Positions 29,352 through 39,439 of a stretch of 64,000 nt of DNA are shown here, in pieces. Where the stretch lies: NCBI GenBank assembly GCA_963741945.1, contig CAVUKA010000002.1, positions 32,001-96,000 of the forward strand, read 5' to 3'. Below the pieces are notes generated by a model that was given only the letters and a program-made list of their open reading frames with translations, was not told the origin of the DNA and did not search any database. The stretch comes from an uncultured Gemmatimonadales bacterium (GTDB lineage: Bacteria; Gemmatimonadota; Gemmatimonadetes; Longimicrobiales; RSA9). Both the position numbers and the translations under genes were made by a program. Every line of letters starts with the position of its first letter. The first letter of the stretch is position 1.

Positions 29352-29531
29352 GCAGGGCCAGGCTCCAAAATCCACATTCGCGGCGATCAGGGACGGCGAG
29401 GCGAGCTGGGCCGGCGGGAGGTTCGGCCCGTCCACCAGCATGTCCGGGCCGCGCGCTCGGGTCCGCATCGCCAGACCGGGACGGTCGCACGGCTCAACGG
29501 GGCGAATGTGGATTTTGGAGCCTGGCCCTGC
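29352..29531. mobile_element. MITE-like 180-bp element with perfect 29-bp terminal inverted repeats
   Basis: gcagggccaggctccaaaatccacattcg (29352-29380) is the exact reverse complement of 29503-29531; intergenic; no transposase. Confidence 0.65.
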
Positions 29532-29571
29532 ACCGCTGCACCGCCCCCTGCCCCCGCGCGCTGCGCCCCGA

Positions 29572-29577
29572 TATACT
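29572..29577 (+). promoter_or_regulatory. Putative -10 element (TATACT) of leaderless ctaA transcript
   Basis: 7 nt before ATG 29585; no SD. Confidence 0.55.
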
Positions 29578-29584
29578 TGCCGGC

Positions 29585-30730
29585 ATGACTGATACGGCCG
29601 TTACCCCACCCGCCGACTGGCGCCTCGCGATCCCGGAGGAGCGCCGCGCGCACCTGCGCACGTGGTTCTGGGCGGTGGCCGCCATGACGTTCAGCGTCCT
29701 GGTGGTCGGCGGGATCACGCGGCTGACGCACTCCGGGCTGTCCATCGTGGACTGGGACCCGATCCTGGGCGTGATCCCGCCGCTCAACCACCACCAGTGG
29801 CTGGAGGCGTTCGAGCGCTACCAGCAGTTCCCGGAGTACCAGCAGCTGCGCCAGGGAATGACACTGGGGGACTTCCAGTCCATCTTCTTCTGGGAGTACC
29901 TGCACCGCCTGCTGGCCCGCAGCATCGGCCTGGTTTTCCTCCTACCGTTCCTCTTCTTCTGGCTCCGCGGCTACTTCAACCGTCCGCTGGCGACGCGCGC
30001 ACTCGTTCTCTTCGGGCTCGGCCTGGGCCAGGGCGTGATGGGCTGGTTCATGGTGGCCAGCGGGCTGGTGGACCGGCCCAGCGTGAGCCATTTCCGCCTG
30101 GCCGCGCACCTCAGTCTCGCGTTCACCATTTTCGGCTTCTCCGTCTGGATGGCGCGGGAGCTGACCATGACGCCGCTGCGGATGGCCGTGCCGGCGGACA
30201 CGAAGCGTCGCGTGCTGCGGAGAGTGTGGCTGGTGGGCGTCGTCCTGGCGCTCCAGGTGGTGTGGGGCGCGTTCACGGCGGGGCTCAAGGCGGGCCATTA
30301 CGACAACACGTTCCCGCTCATGGAGGGGCACCTCGTCCCGCCCAGCCTCTACTGGCTCCAGCCGACGGTCCTCAACTTCTTTCAGAACCCCGTTGGCGTG
30401 CAGTGGACGCACCGGGTGATCGGGACGCTCCTCCTCCTGGCCGTCATGGGGGCGGCCCTCGCCATGCGACGACCCGGGGTCGACCGCGGCTCCCGGCGCT
30501 ACGCCATGCTCTTCCTCGGCCTCGTGGCCGTGCAGTACCTCCTCGGCATTGCGACCCTCCTCCTGGTCGTGCCCGTCCCCCTGGCGGTGACGCACCAGGC
30601 CACGGCCATGGTGATCTTCGGCGTCTGGGTGTCGTGGCTGCACCACGCGCGCGGGCTCGGAGACGTGAGCGCGGGAGCCGGAGCGGTGAGAACGGGCGCG
30701 CTGCCTTCGCGTCACCCTTTCGCGAAGTAG
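29585..30730 (+). CDS. ctaA: Heme A synthase (COX15/CtaA)
   Basis: [43 protein letters not shown]. Confidence 0.95.
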   Translation: MTDTAVTPPADWRLAIPEERRAHLRTWFWAVAAMTFSVLVVGGITRLTHSGLSIVDWDPILGVIPPLNHHQWLEAFERYQQFPEYQQLRQGMTLGDFQSIFFWEYLHRLLARSIGLVFLLPFLFFWLRGYFNRPLATRALVLFGLGLGQGVMGWFMVASGLVDRPSVSHFRLAAHLSLAFTIFGFSVWMARELTMTPLRMAVPADTKRRVLRRVWLVGVVLALQVVWGAFTAGLKAGHYDNTFPLMEGHLVPPSLYWLQPTVLNFFQNPVGVQWTHRVIGTLLLLAVMGAALAMRRPGVDRGSRRYAMLFLGLVAVQYLLGIATLLLVVPVPLAVTHQATAMVIFGVWVSWLHHARGLGDVSAGAGAVRTGALPSRHPFAK

Positions 30731-31485
30731 ATGGCGGCCACGACCACGCCGAGGGCCACCACAACACGGCGCAGCGTCTCCGGCTTCACCCGGCTCGCGA
30801 GGCGACCGCCCACCACGCCGCCCACGATGGCGCCCACGGCCATGATGCCCGCGGCGATCCATACCGTCTTGCCCGAGAAGACGAAGAGCAGCGCCGCCGC
30901 GACGTTCACCGCGAAGGACATGACCTGCTTCACCGCGTTCAGCCGCGTCAGGCTCTCGTCGATGGCGAGCCCGAGCACGGCCAGGATGATCACGCTCAGA
31001 CCCGCGCCGAAATAGCCGCCATAGACGGCCGCTACGCCTCCGGCCGCGACCACACCGGCGTCGCGCCCCCGCCCTGTCCCCCGCTCGCCGCCCGCCGTGG
31101 TCCTGGACGCCGCCCACCGCTTCACCGGCTCCTGGATCGCCAGCAGGCCGGACGCGACCAGGATCAGCCACGGCACCAGCGCCCGGAACGTCCCCTCGCC
31201 CGTGTTCAGGAGGAGCAGCCCGCCGGCCAGCCCGCCCACGGCACTCACCGGCAGGAGCAGCCACAGGCGATGATGCTGCCCCCGCAGGTCGCGAAGCTGG
31301 GCCACCGTCGCCCCCAGGTAGCCGGGGGTCAGCGACACCGTGTTGGTGACGTTCGCCGCCACGGGCGGGACCCCGACGGCGAGGAGCACGGGGAAGCTGA
31401 TGAGCGTGCCGCCGCCGGCAAGCGCGTTCACCGCCCCCGCGGCCGCGGCCGCCAGCCCCACCAGCAGAAGATCCAGGCCGCCCAT
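30712..31485 (-). CDS. TauE/SafE sulfite exporter family membrane protein
   Basis: [27 protein letters not shown]; 3' end overlaps ctaA by 19 bp. Confidence 0.9.
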   Translation of the reverse strand: MGGLDLLLVGLAAAAAGAVNALAGGGTLISFPVLLAVGVPPVAANVTNTVSLTPGYLGATVAQLRDLRGQHHRLWLLLPVSAVGGLAGGLLLLNTGEGTFRALVPWLILVASGLLAIQEPVKRWAASRTTAGGERGTGRGRDAGVVAAGGVAAVYGGYFGAGLSVIILAVLGLAIDESLTRLNAVKQVMSFAVNVAAALLFVFSGKTVWIAAGIMAVGAIVGGVVGGRLASRVKPETLRRVVVALGVVVAAIYFAKG

Positions 31486-31592
31486 CGCAGTCGACTCCGT
31501 CGATCGGGCCCACACCCACCCCCCGGGACACCGGCAACCTAAACCGCCGTCCCCCCCGTCGCACGCCCTACCCGCCCCACCCGCCCCCGCCT

Positions 31593-31598
31593 TACCTT
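31593..31598 (+). promoter_or_regulatory. Putative -10 element (TACCTT) of leaderless kinase transcript
   Basis: 7 nt before ATG 31606; no SD. Confidence 0.45.
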
Positions 31599-31605
31599 TG
31601 CCCCC

Positions 31606-32439
31606 ATGCAACCGCTGCCGAGCCTCACCGCCGAACGTTATCTCCAGCCGCTCCGCGAGGGCGGCTCCCTTCCCGCGGTGGTGGACACCGATCACGGGCT
31701 TTTCGTCGCCAAGTTCAGGGGTGCCGGCCAGGGCCCGCGGGCGCTGATCGCGGAGCTGGTGGTGGGCATCGTCGCCCGCGAGCTCGGACTGCCGGTGCCC
31801 GAGCCGGCGGTCATCGTGCTGCCGCCGGGACTCGGCGACGACCAGCCGGACCCGGAGATCCGGGAGCTGCTGGACCGCAGCCGGGGCGTCAACATGGGGC
31901 TCCGCTACCTCGACGGCGCCTTCAACTTCGACGTCCATGCCGCCGGGGACCTGATCGCTGCCGAGCTGGCCGCGGACGTGGTCTGGCTGGATGCGTTCGT
32001 GACGAATCCGGACCGAACCGCTCGCAACCCGAACCTCATGATCCACGAGCGGCGGCCGTGGCTCATCGACCACGGCACCGCCCTCTACGCCCACCACGAC
32101 TGGGCCGGCGTGAACGGCGCCCGCACGCGCACTCCCTTCCCGCTCATCCGGGAGCACGTCCTGCTCCTGCTGGCCGGCGATCTCGCCGCGGCCGACGCCC
32201 GCCTCGCCCCGCAGCTCACGGAGGACGTCCTCGCCGGCGTCATGGACCAGGTCCCCGACGCACTGCTCATGGACCCGCTGGCGCGCGGCACCTTCGGCTC
32301 CGCCGACGAGGCCCGGGCCCGCTACGTCCGTTTCCTGGGCGAGCGCCTCGAGGGGCCCCGGCCGTTCGCGGAAGAGGCGGTACGGGCGCAGGCGACGAAG
32401 CGGGACGAGCCACCCCGGCGCCTCAGGGTTCGGCGATGA
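31606..32439 (+). CDS. HipA-like (PI3/4-kinase fold) protein kinase
   Basis: REGGSLP Gly-loop; [14 protein letters not shown] catalytic loop; WLIDHG. Confidence 0.85.
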   Translation: MQPLPSLTAERYLQPLREGGSLPAVVDTDHGLFVAKFRGAGQGPRALIAELVVGIVARELGLPVPEPAVIVLPPGLGDDQPDPEIRELLDRSRGVNMGLRYLDGAFNFDVHAAGDLIAAELAADVVWLDAFVTNPDRTARNPNLMIHERRPWLIDHGTALYAHHDWAGVNGARTRTPFPLIREHVLLLLAGDLAAADARLAPQLTEDVLAGVMDQVPDALLMDPLARGTFGSADEARARYVRFLGERLEGPRPFAEEAVRAQATKRDEPPRRLRVRR

Positions 32440-32891
32440 GCAGGCCGGTTGGAGCCGCGGGAACGGCGGAGCCCGGCGGCGGCCGGGCCGGTGCCGATCG
32501 GCCGCGGCGGGATGTGCCGTACAGCTGCGCCGTGCTGCGGCTGGTCCCGCACCCGTACATCGGCCGTGGCGCGCCCGTAGGCCTGGTTCTCCAGTCGCGC
32601 CCGGCCGAGTTCCTCGGGCTACGCGCCATCACGGACGCCGACGCGCTGCGAGCGCTGGCCCCGGATGCCGACATCGGGCTCCTCGTCCGCTACCTCCGCT
32701 CCGCCGCCGAAGTGGCCGCGGGCGACGCCGCCGCCGGGGAGATCGCGCTTCTCTCCGCCCCCGAGCGTTTCCACTGGCTCACCGCCCGCCGCTCCGATGT
32801 CATCCAGCCGGACCCGCTGGAGCACGGCACGTGTGCGGATCCGGCCGCGAAGCTGGACGCGCTGTTCCAGGCGAGGGTGCTGGGCGGGTAG
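32436..32891 (+). CDS. DUF3037 family protein
   Basis: [34 protein letters not shown] overlap with the kinase. Confidence 0.8.
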   Translation: MSRPVGAAGTAEPGGGRAGADRPRRDVPYSCAVLRLVPHPYIGRGAPVGLVLQSRPAEFLGLRAITDADALRALAPDADIGLLVRYLRSAAEVAAGDAAAGEIALLSAPERFHWLTARRSDVIQPDPLEHGTCADPAAKLDALFQARVLGG

Positions 32892-32926
32892 GGGCTCACG
32901 CCATCCTCAGCGCGAGCCGACCACCC

Positions 32927-35623
32927 TCAGAGGCCTTCGCGCGAGCCGGCCGCCGCCGCGTACAGCGGGTTGAACAGCAGCTTGAACGTGCCCTGCGGTG
33001 AGCCGCGGAAGTGCGGGCTCACCCCGAGCAGCACCACCTGGCCTTTGCCGAGCGGCACACGCATGGCCGACGTCTTCCCCTTCAGGGTGCCGAGCCCCAT
33101 CGCCCAGCCGCTCTCGAGCACGCTGTCCTGCGCGAAATGGACGTAGGAGTCCACGTCGCGCTCGATCTTCTGCTCCCCCTCCGACGCGGCAGGGATCACG
33201 TCCAGCACCTGGCTGCGAACGAAGAACCCCGTCGGCTCGGCGGCCACCCCGTACGCCAGCGGGTCGTCGGTGTCCGCTTCCATGCGGAGCAGGGAGCCGG
33301 GAATGAAGAATCGGTCGCTGTCGCTGTTCCGGACCACGTTTCGCACGGGGAGGCCGAACTGCTGGATCGGGAAGTCCACGGCCCGGTCCACGGCCACCAG
33401 CCAGCCACCGTTCTCCACGAAGCGCTGCAGCGCCAGCGCGCCAGGGAGGCCCAGGCCGCCGGTGTATTCCTCCGGCATCGTCCCCGCCAGGTGCCCGTTC
33501 AGCAGGCTCTCCGCCCCCTGGTTCGGCAGGATGATGACGTCCAGCCCCGCCAGGTCGGCCGCCCGGATGTCGGCATCGTGGAGCGTGCGGTAATCGAAGC
33601 CGTACTGCTCCAGTACCCAGCGCGTCCATCCCTCGGGCATGCTCGCCGTCCACGGCTGGTACAGCCCGACCCTGGGCGCCCGCAACGCCTCGCGGTCCAC
33701 GGCCGGCGCCCGGCCGAGTGCCGTGAACGTGAGGCCCTCGGCGCTCCCCACGGCCTCCACCGCCGCGCGATCCGCCCCCCGGACCAGGATCGTGCCCGCG
33801 GGCCACTGCTGGCGCCCCAGCTCGAACGACGACGTCGCCCGGCTCACATCGGCGCCCTCGCCCAGCAGCCGGTTCACCGCGCGCACACTGGCGTTCTGCG
33901 CCCACGACAGCGCGTAGCCCCAGTCGCCCCGACCGTCCACGCCGCCGGGGAGTGTCGGGATCTCGTCCACCGGCTGGCCCGGCATCTCGAACGGCTCCTT
34001 CACGCCGTCCACCGCCACACCGAAGAGGAGCGGCAGCTCGTACCCCGTCATGTCGTACGGCGGCTCCGGCGGTCCGCCCGGGTACATGCGCCGGTCCGGG
34101 TACGTCTTGGGGTCGAGCAGGTCGGCCGCGAAGGGGCGGAACGCCTGCGGCGGGATCACGTACGCGCCGGCCGGGTAGCGCTTCCCGCCCGCTTCGAACG
34201 CGTGCTCCGCCCGCACCACTTCGACGCCACCATGGCGGAGCGAGCGGAGCAGCTCCGTGGCCTCGCTCGGGTCGTGCTGCGCCGCTGGGTCGATCACCCA
34301 GGCGAACGGGCCGCCCAGCGCCTGCTCCCCCTTCTCGATCTGCCGCTTCCCCGTCCGCCAGATGTTGAACAGCCACTGGTCCTTCTGCCGCGCGCCGATG
34401 TCCGCCACCGCCCTGGACGCGGTCAGCATGTATTCAACCGCGTCCTTCAGGTGCCAGCACCCGCCCAGCCACGGGTCCGGGTACGACGTCGTGGGATCCT
34501 TCGCCGGCAGGTTGCCCGCCCGCTCGCCGAACGTGTCCGGGATGTCCTCGGCGTCGTAGCAGTGCGGTGTGGCGTAGCGGTAGAGCGCGGTCTCCGTGAT
34601 GAAGCCCAGCATGTTGTGGTAGTTGGGCGCGTCCGACATGTACATGCTGCCCCACCCGTCGAACACGATGTCGCTCAGCGCGCCCGGCTTGTTCTCCTGG
34701 CTGAAGCGCTGCTTCATGTACTCCCCGATCTGGTTGATGCTGGAGACCACCAGCGGGTCCAGGTTGGGGTTGATCGGGTTCTCCACGGGCGGCATCCAGA
34801 TCCGGCCGGGGAACGGCGAAGTCTGGTGGTGGTTGTAGACCAGCTGCGGGAACCAGCGGCGGTAGAGCTGGTTCGCGATCACGCGTGTTTCCTGCTGCGT
34901 GAACACGTTCCAGTCCCGGTTGTTGTCGTGCCCGATGTAGTGGTGGTACAGCACCGGCAGCGGTGCGGTTTCGAACGGCGTGCCGATGTTCTTCCGGTAC
35001 CAGTCGGCCACGATGTCCAGACCGTCCGGGTTCATCACCGGCATCAGCAGCACGATCGCGTTCTCCCGGATCCGGCTGGCCTCCTCGCCTTCGTCCGTGG
35101 CCAGCCAGTGCGCGAACAGCGGGGCGTGCTGCGCCGCCGCCACTTCCGTGGCGTGGAGCCCCGCATCGATCCAGACGATCGCCTTCCCCTCCGCCGCCAG
35201 CCGCTTCGCCTCCGCCTCGTCCACCCCCCTCACCAGCGCCAGCCGGCGCGCGATGTCACGGTAGTGGTCCCGGTTCGCCAGGTTCTCCGCGCTGGACAGG
35301 AGCACCAGCATCATCGGGCGCCCTTCCGTGCTCTCCCCGATCTCCTCGATCACCACCCGGTCCGACGCCGCGTCCAGCGCCTTGTAGTACGAAAGCAGCT
35401 GTGTGTAGTCGGCCAGCTTGTAGTCGGAGCCCGGCTCGAAGCCGATCACCGATGCGGGCGTGGGTACTGCCGTCGCCGCGGCAGCGGCCCCCCGCCCGCC
35501 GGCGGATGGCGGCCGCGTCTGGGCAGTCCCGCCGGTCGCGGTGACGAGAGGGGTGGATGCGGCGAGCGTCGCCAGGAGCACCACGTGGGCGAGGCGCCCA
35601 TGAGCGCGGGGGATCGTCGTCAT
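32927..35623 (-). CDS. Secreted M14 zinc carboxypeptidase with C-terminal class I GATase-like domain
   Basis: Signal peptide; GLHATE; NPDG; DNNRD; NHHQ; EGWTRWVLE. Confidence 0.9.
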   Translation of the reverse strand: MTTIPRAHGRLAHVVLLATLAASTPLVTATGGTAQTRPPSAGGRGAAAAATAVPTPASVIGFEPGSDYKLADYTQLLSYYKALDAASDRVVIEEIGESTEGRPMMLVLLSSAENLANRDHYRDIARRLALVRGVDEAEAKRLAAEGKAIVWIDAGLHATEVAAAQHAPLFAHWLATDEGEEASRIRENAIVLLMPVMNPDGLDIVADWYRKNIGTPFETAPLPVLYHHYIGHDNNRDWNVFTQQETRVIANQLYRRWFPQLVYNHHQTSPFPGRIWMPPVENPINPNLDPLVVSSINQIGEYMKQRFSQENKPGALSDIVFDGWGSMYMSDAPNYHNMLGFITETALYRYATPHCYDAEDIPDTFGERAGNLPAKDPTTSYPDPWLGGCWHLKDAVEYMLTASRAVADIGARQKDQWLFNIWRTGKRQIEKGEQALGGPFAWVIDPAAQHDPSEATELLRSLRHGGVEVVRAEHAFEAGGKRYPAGAYVIPPQAFRPFAADLLDPKTYPDRRMYPGGPPEPPYDMTGYELPLLFGVAVDGVKEPFEMPGQPVDEIPTLPGGVDGRGDWGYALSWAQNASVRAVNRLLGEGADVSRATSSFELGRQQWPAGTILVRGADRAAVEAVGSAEGLTFTALGRAPAVDREALRAPRVGLYQPWTASMPEGWTRWVLEQYGFDYRTLHDADIRAADLAGLDVIILPNQGAESLLNGHLAGTMPEEYTGGLGLPGALALQRFVENGGWLVAVDRAVDFPIQQFGLPVRNVVRNSDSDRFFIPGSLLRMEADTDDPLAYGVAAEPTGFFVRSQVLDVIPAASEGEQKIERDVDSYVHFAQDSVLESGWAMGLGTLKGKTSAMRVPLGKGQVVLLGVSPHFRGSPQGTFKLLFNPLYAAAAGSREGL

Positions 35624-35756
35624 GGATCTGTCGGTCTGTGGGTGGAGGTCGGCCCCGGCGGTCCACGGTCCGGGACCCGAGTCGAGCGTCAACGTAGCTC
35701 GACCGCGCCGCCGGCGCACCCGTTCCGGTGCAGGCCGGCGCCCGCCAAGGAGAACG

Positions 35757-35772
35757 GGGCAGACATCTTGCA
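35757..35772 (+). promoter_or_regulatory. Possible sigma54 -24/-12 promoter
   Basis: GGGCAGACATCTTGCA has GG-N10-GC spacing, about 40 nt upstream of the lipoprotein start. Confidence 0.35.
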
Positions 35773-35813
35773 CACTCCGGGAGCAAATTGTCGCCAAGAA
35801 AGGAGCTCCCGAT

Positions 35814-36215
35814 ATGAAGCATGTCACCCGGATCACCCGTGCCGCCGCCCTCGCGGCGGGCGTCGCCCTCCTCCCCGGCTGCGTGGCGGCCGCGGGCGCC
35901 GCGGCCGGCGTGGGCGCGGTCACCTACATCAACGACCAGACGGCCACGACGCAGGTGGACGCGAACGTGAGCACGACCACCGGCTGGACCGAGTCGGCAT
36001 TCCGCGACATGAGCATCGAGATCACGAAGCGCGAGATCGAGAGCGACGCGGTCGAGCTGACGGGGAAGTCGCCCGACGGTCTCGACGTGAAGGCCAGCGT
36101 CCAGAAGGAAGGTGATCTCACGCGGATCAAGGTCACCGCCAAGCGGAACATGGTGAACTACGACAAGAGCTACGCCCGCAACGTGGTGGAGAAGATCCTC
36201 GCGTACGCGGGTTAG
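35814..36215 (+). CDS. Small lipoprotein (DUF3568-like)
   Basis: AGGAG RBS; lipobox LPG-C followed by VAAAGAAAGVGAVTY. Confidence 0.75.
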   Translation: MKHVTRITRAAALAAGVALLPGCVAAAGAAAGVGAVTYINDQTATTQVDANVSTTTGWTESAFRDMSIEITKREIESDAVELTGKSPDGLDVKASVQKEGDLTRIKVTAKRNMVNYDKSYARNVVEKILAYAG

Positions 36216-36231
36216 CGCGGGCCGCGGGGAA

Positions 36232-36272
36232 ACGGGACGGGGTCCGGGCACCGTGCCCGGACCCCGTCTCGT
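36232..36272. terminator. Hairpin between convergent genes
   Basis: acgggacggggtccgggcac / gtgcccggaccccgtctcgt inverted repeat. Confidence 0.7.
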
Positions 36273-36323
36273 GTGACCGCCAGCCGCCCGCGTGGGCGAC
36301 CGACGGGGCCCTGACTCCCTGGT

Positions 36324-38558
36324 CTACCTGTTGGCCGCGTCCATCAGCTCCTTGAGCAGGCGGTCCGCCTTGTAGACGCTCTTGAGCGCCTCCGTGATCG
36401 CCTGCGTGTCCACCCCCACGGTCCGGCCCGAGGAGTCCGGGCGGAAGAGGAACTCGTTGGGCAGCTGCTCGACGTTGCCGTCGAAGGCGAGCCCGACGAT
36501 GCGGGCCTGCCGGTCGATGATCGGGCTGCCGCTGTTCCCGCCCGTGATGTCGTTCGTCGACACGAAGTCCAGCCGCTTGTCCATGTCGATGGTGTCCTTC
36601 GCCTTCGCGAAGCTGGCGGGCAGCGTGAACGGATCCTCGTTGTTGAAGACTTCCGCGCGCTCGTACAGGCCGTGGAACGTGGTGAACGGCGCGGCGATCG
36701 TCCCGTTGTACGGGTACCGCTTCAGCACGCCATCACTGATCCGGAGCGTGAACGTGGCATCCGGCGGGATCTGCGTTCCGAAGACGCCGAAGAGCGCCTT
36801 GGCGAACCGCTCCTGCTGCACGCTCTCGGCCGCCTGGAGCTCCGCCCACCGGGGCTCGAGCGAACGGTAGATGCTGTCCATCACCACGGCCATCTGCAGA
36901 TACGGGTCCTGCGAGGCTCCGATCTTCTGGATCCCCTGGTTCAGCAGATCCTGCCGGGTGGTGGTGGACTGGATCCCGGTGGCGCGGTCGAGGATCTGGA
37001 GCGCCTGGTCCACGTCCGTCGCGGCGAGCAGCGCGTCGCGAAGCGGGTCCCCGGCGGAAAGCCAGTCCGCGGCCATCTGGAGACGGCCCTTCAGCAGCGT
37101 CGACTCCTGCCCCGGCTCGCCCAGCTGCGGGTTCATGGCCATCATCTGGAGCCGCTGCACCGGCTGCCCGTACAGCGTGTCCATGCGCTCGCCCTCCGGC
37201 AGCGCGTTCTCCCGTGCCAGCGTCACGAGCGCGCCCGCCGCGGCCATGTACGGCGTACCGAGGAAGAACGGGTTCGCCAGGTTCAGCCGGGGCGCCAGCG
37301 CGTACTTCCTGGTCTCGAGCGTCGCGATGGAATCGATCACGCCGGCGAACTGCGCCTTCAGCTGCGGGTCGGCCTGGATCGCCTGCTGCAGCTGCCGCTG
37401 CCACTTGATCTTGCGGGCCATGAGCAGCGTGTCCTGCAGGCCTTCCAGCTCGCCGCGGAACAGCTTCAGGCTGTTCTCCACACCGAACAGCCGGTTGCGA
37501 ACGCGCGCGGCCACCTGCGGATCCTGCGCGCCCATCTCCTTCAGATACGCTTCCTGCCCCTCGAGCAGGTCGATGTAGAACGGGTGGCGGAACTGCATCT
37601 CGTACAGCCACTGCGCCACCGTGATCTGCCGCGACGTGGAGCCGGGGTTGCCCGTGACGAACAGCAGCTCGCCCTCGTCCGCCCCCTCCGCGCGCCAGCG
37701 GAAGTAGTTGGGCGTGCTGGCCGGCGAGGTATCATCGTCGTTGTACGCGCGCACGAAGGAGAAGTCGGTGTCGTAGCGCGGGTAGGTGAAGTTGTCGTAG
37801 TCGCCGCCGAAGAAGCCGGCCTGCAGCTCGGGGGCCATGACCAGCTTCACGTTGTCGTAGGTCTTGTACTTGTACAGCTGGTACTGCCCGCCGTGGTACA
37901 GCGTAACCACCTGGCAGCTGTAGTCGGAGGACCCTTCACACTCCTCCTTGATCTTGTTCCGCTCCGCTTCCTGCGCCGCCGCCACCTGCGTGGCCGGCGC
38001 GTTCGCGGGCGCTGCACCCTGGACCCGGTCGGTCACGTCCTGGATCTCCACCAGCTGGTCGAGCGACAGGTTGGGGCACGACCGCTCCTCCGCCTGTGTG
38101 GCGGCATAGAAGCCGTTGCTCAGCAGGTCCTCGTCGCCCTGCGACACCGCGTCCACGCAGGCGCGGGCGCAGTGATGGTTCGTCACCACCAGCCCGTCGG
38201 GCGACACGAACGAAGCCGAGCACCCCTGGCTCCACCGCACCGACGAGAGGCGCGCGTGCTCCAGCCACTCGGGCGTCGCATCGAAGTTGTACGTCTCGCG
38301 CCAGTAGTCGAGCGGCGGGTTCTCGAACGTCCACATCGTCCCGAGCTCGACCCCGGTCAGGGTCACGTGGTCCGCGGCGCGCTCCGCGGACTGCGGCGGC
38401 GTGAGCGCGTTCGGGACCTGCGGCGAGGCCGCGGGCATGGGCTGGGGCGCCGGTGTGGCCGGCGCCGCAGCCGGTGCGGACGAGCAGCTCGCGGCCAGCA
38501 GTGCGGCCGCGGCCGTCAGCCCGAACCGTGTCAGAATCGGCATACGTGTCATTTGCAC
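36324..38558 (-). CDS. S46 family dipeptidyl peptidase, lipoprotein
   Basis: GTMWTF; GCSASFVS; TNHHC; DFSFVR; DITGGNSGSP; FDGN; lipobox AAS-C. Confidence 0.93.
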   Translation of the reverse strand: MQMTRMPILTRFGLTAAAALLAASCSSAPAAAPATPAPQPMPAASPQVPNALTPPQSAERAADHVTLTGVELGTMWTFENPPLDYWRETYNFDATPEWLEHARLSSVRWSQGCSASFVSPDGLVVTNHHCARACVDAVSQGDEDLLSNGFYAATQAEERSCPNLSLDQLVEIQDVTDRVQGAAPANAPATQVAAAQEAERNKIKEECEGSSDYSCQVVTLYHGGQYQLYKYKTYDNVKLVMAPELQAGFFGGDYDNFTYPRYDTDFSFVRAYNDDDTSPASTPNYFRWRAEGADEGELLFVTGNPGSTSRQITVAQWLYEMQFRHPFYIDLLEGQEAYLKEMGAQDPQVAARVRNRLFGVENSLKLFRGELEGLQDTLLMARKIKWQRQLQQAIQADPQLKAQFAGVIDSIATLETRKYALAPRLNLANPFFLGTPYMAAAGALVTLARENALPEGERMDTLYGQPVQRLQMMAMNPQLGEPGQESTLLKGRLQMAADWLSAGDPLRDALLAATDVDQALQILDRATGIQSTTTRQDLLNQGIQKIGASQDPYLQMAVVMDSIYRSLEPRWAELQAAESVQQERFAKALFGVFGTQIPPDATFTLRISDGVLKRYPYNGTIAAPFTTFHGLYERAEVFNNEDPFTLPASFAKAKDTIDMDKRLDFVSTNDITGGNSGSPIIDRQARIVGLAFDGNVEQLPNEFLFRPDSSGRTVGVDTQAITEALKSVYKADRLLKELMDAANR

Positions 38559-38659
38559 TCCCTTGCTGTGTGCATCGCGCGCGGCGCTACGGGCGCCGGA
38601 CGCGGGTTAGGCAGAACGGATGCTGTGGCGCAGCACGCCGGGAGGCAAGCCGGCGCGCG

Positions 38660-39202
38660 CTACTGCCCGCGCTGGCTCGACGGCGGCACCATTCCGTTCA
38701 GCCGGAAATACGTGACCAGGTTGCCATAATGCTCGAAGTCGTGCGCCACGTTGAACACCAGGGCGAACAGCCGGTTGTTCTTCATTCCGAACAGCTCGAG
38801 CGGTTGCGCCAGCTGGTCGGGCGTGAGGTTCGCGTACGCATCGTCGCAATAGGCGAACGACGCCTTCAGCGCCTCCACAAGCTCGTCCTTCGTGGTCAGC
38901 TTCTCCGCGTCCTGCTCCGTCGGCGCCTCCTCGCCCCGGGCAGCGGCGCAGAACATGTACTGGCTGTTGGCCGCGTGGCCTACGATCTGACCGAACGACC
39001 GCACTTCCTCCGTCGGCCGGTAGTCGTATTTCTCCGCCGGCATCTGCTCCGCGGAGCGGACTAGGTAGCCTTTCACCATTCCGTACAGCGGACGCACCGC
39101 GTCCATCGACGCGTCGTCCATCGCGGCCGGAGAAGCGGGCTGCTGCGCCGCCAGCGGGAGCGCCAGCGTCAGGAAGAGAGGAACGATCCAGATGCGGGAC
39201 AT
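38660..39202 (-). CDS. Exported DinB family protein
   Basis: GGAGG RBS; signal peptide; RSFGQIVGH; HDFEHYG; NGMVPP. Confidence 0.88.
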   Translation of the reverse strand: MSRIWIVPLFLTLALPLAAQQPASPAAMDDASMDAVRPLYGMVKGYLVRSAEQMPAEKYDYRPTEEVRSFGQIVGHAANSQYMFCAAARGEEAPTEQDAEKLTTKDELVEALKASFAYCDDAYANLTPDQLAQPLELFGMKNNRLFALVFNVAHDFEHYGNLVTYFRLNGMVPPSSQRGQ

Positions 39203-39439
39203 GCGACACCTCCAGGAGAGTGTTGGGGGGACTGCGGCATCGCGACCATGAACAATGGAATCGAGGATACGGCGCGCCGGCTCGGGGCGCCAGACCCGGC
39301 CGCGCCCAACCAAATGGCCGCCGGAGCGGTCCAACGGGCGGGAGAGGGCGCCGCCCGTCTGCGGGACACGGCTCGAAACCGGGAGCCGGCGCCGTCCGTA
39401 ACGATGCGGAAAACGCATACCACCACGGGACAGAGCACC

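Noticed and set aside
35782-35796. Minus-strand sigma54 site TGGCGACAATTTGCT for the M14 gene
   Set aside because: GG-to-GC spacing is 9, not the required 10
33011-36115. Long antisense ORFs (also 10389..13094, 52275..55712, 60618..63458)
   Set aside because: Shadows of real genes caused by stop-codon scarcity in high-GC DNA; no motifs
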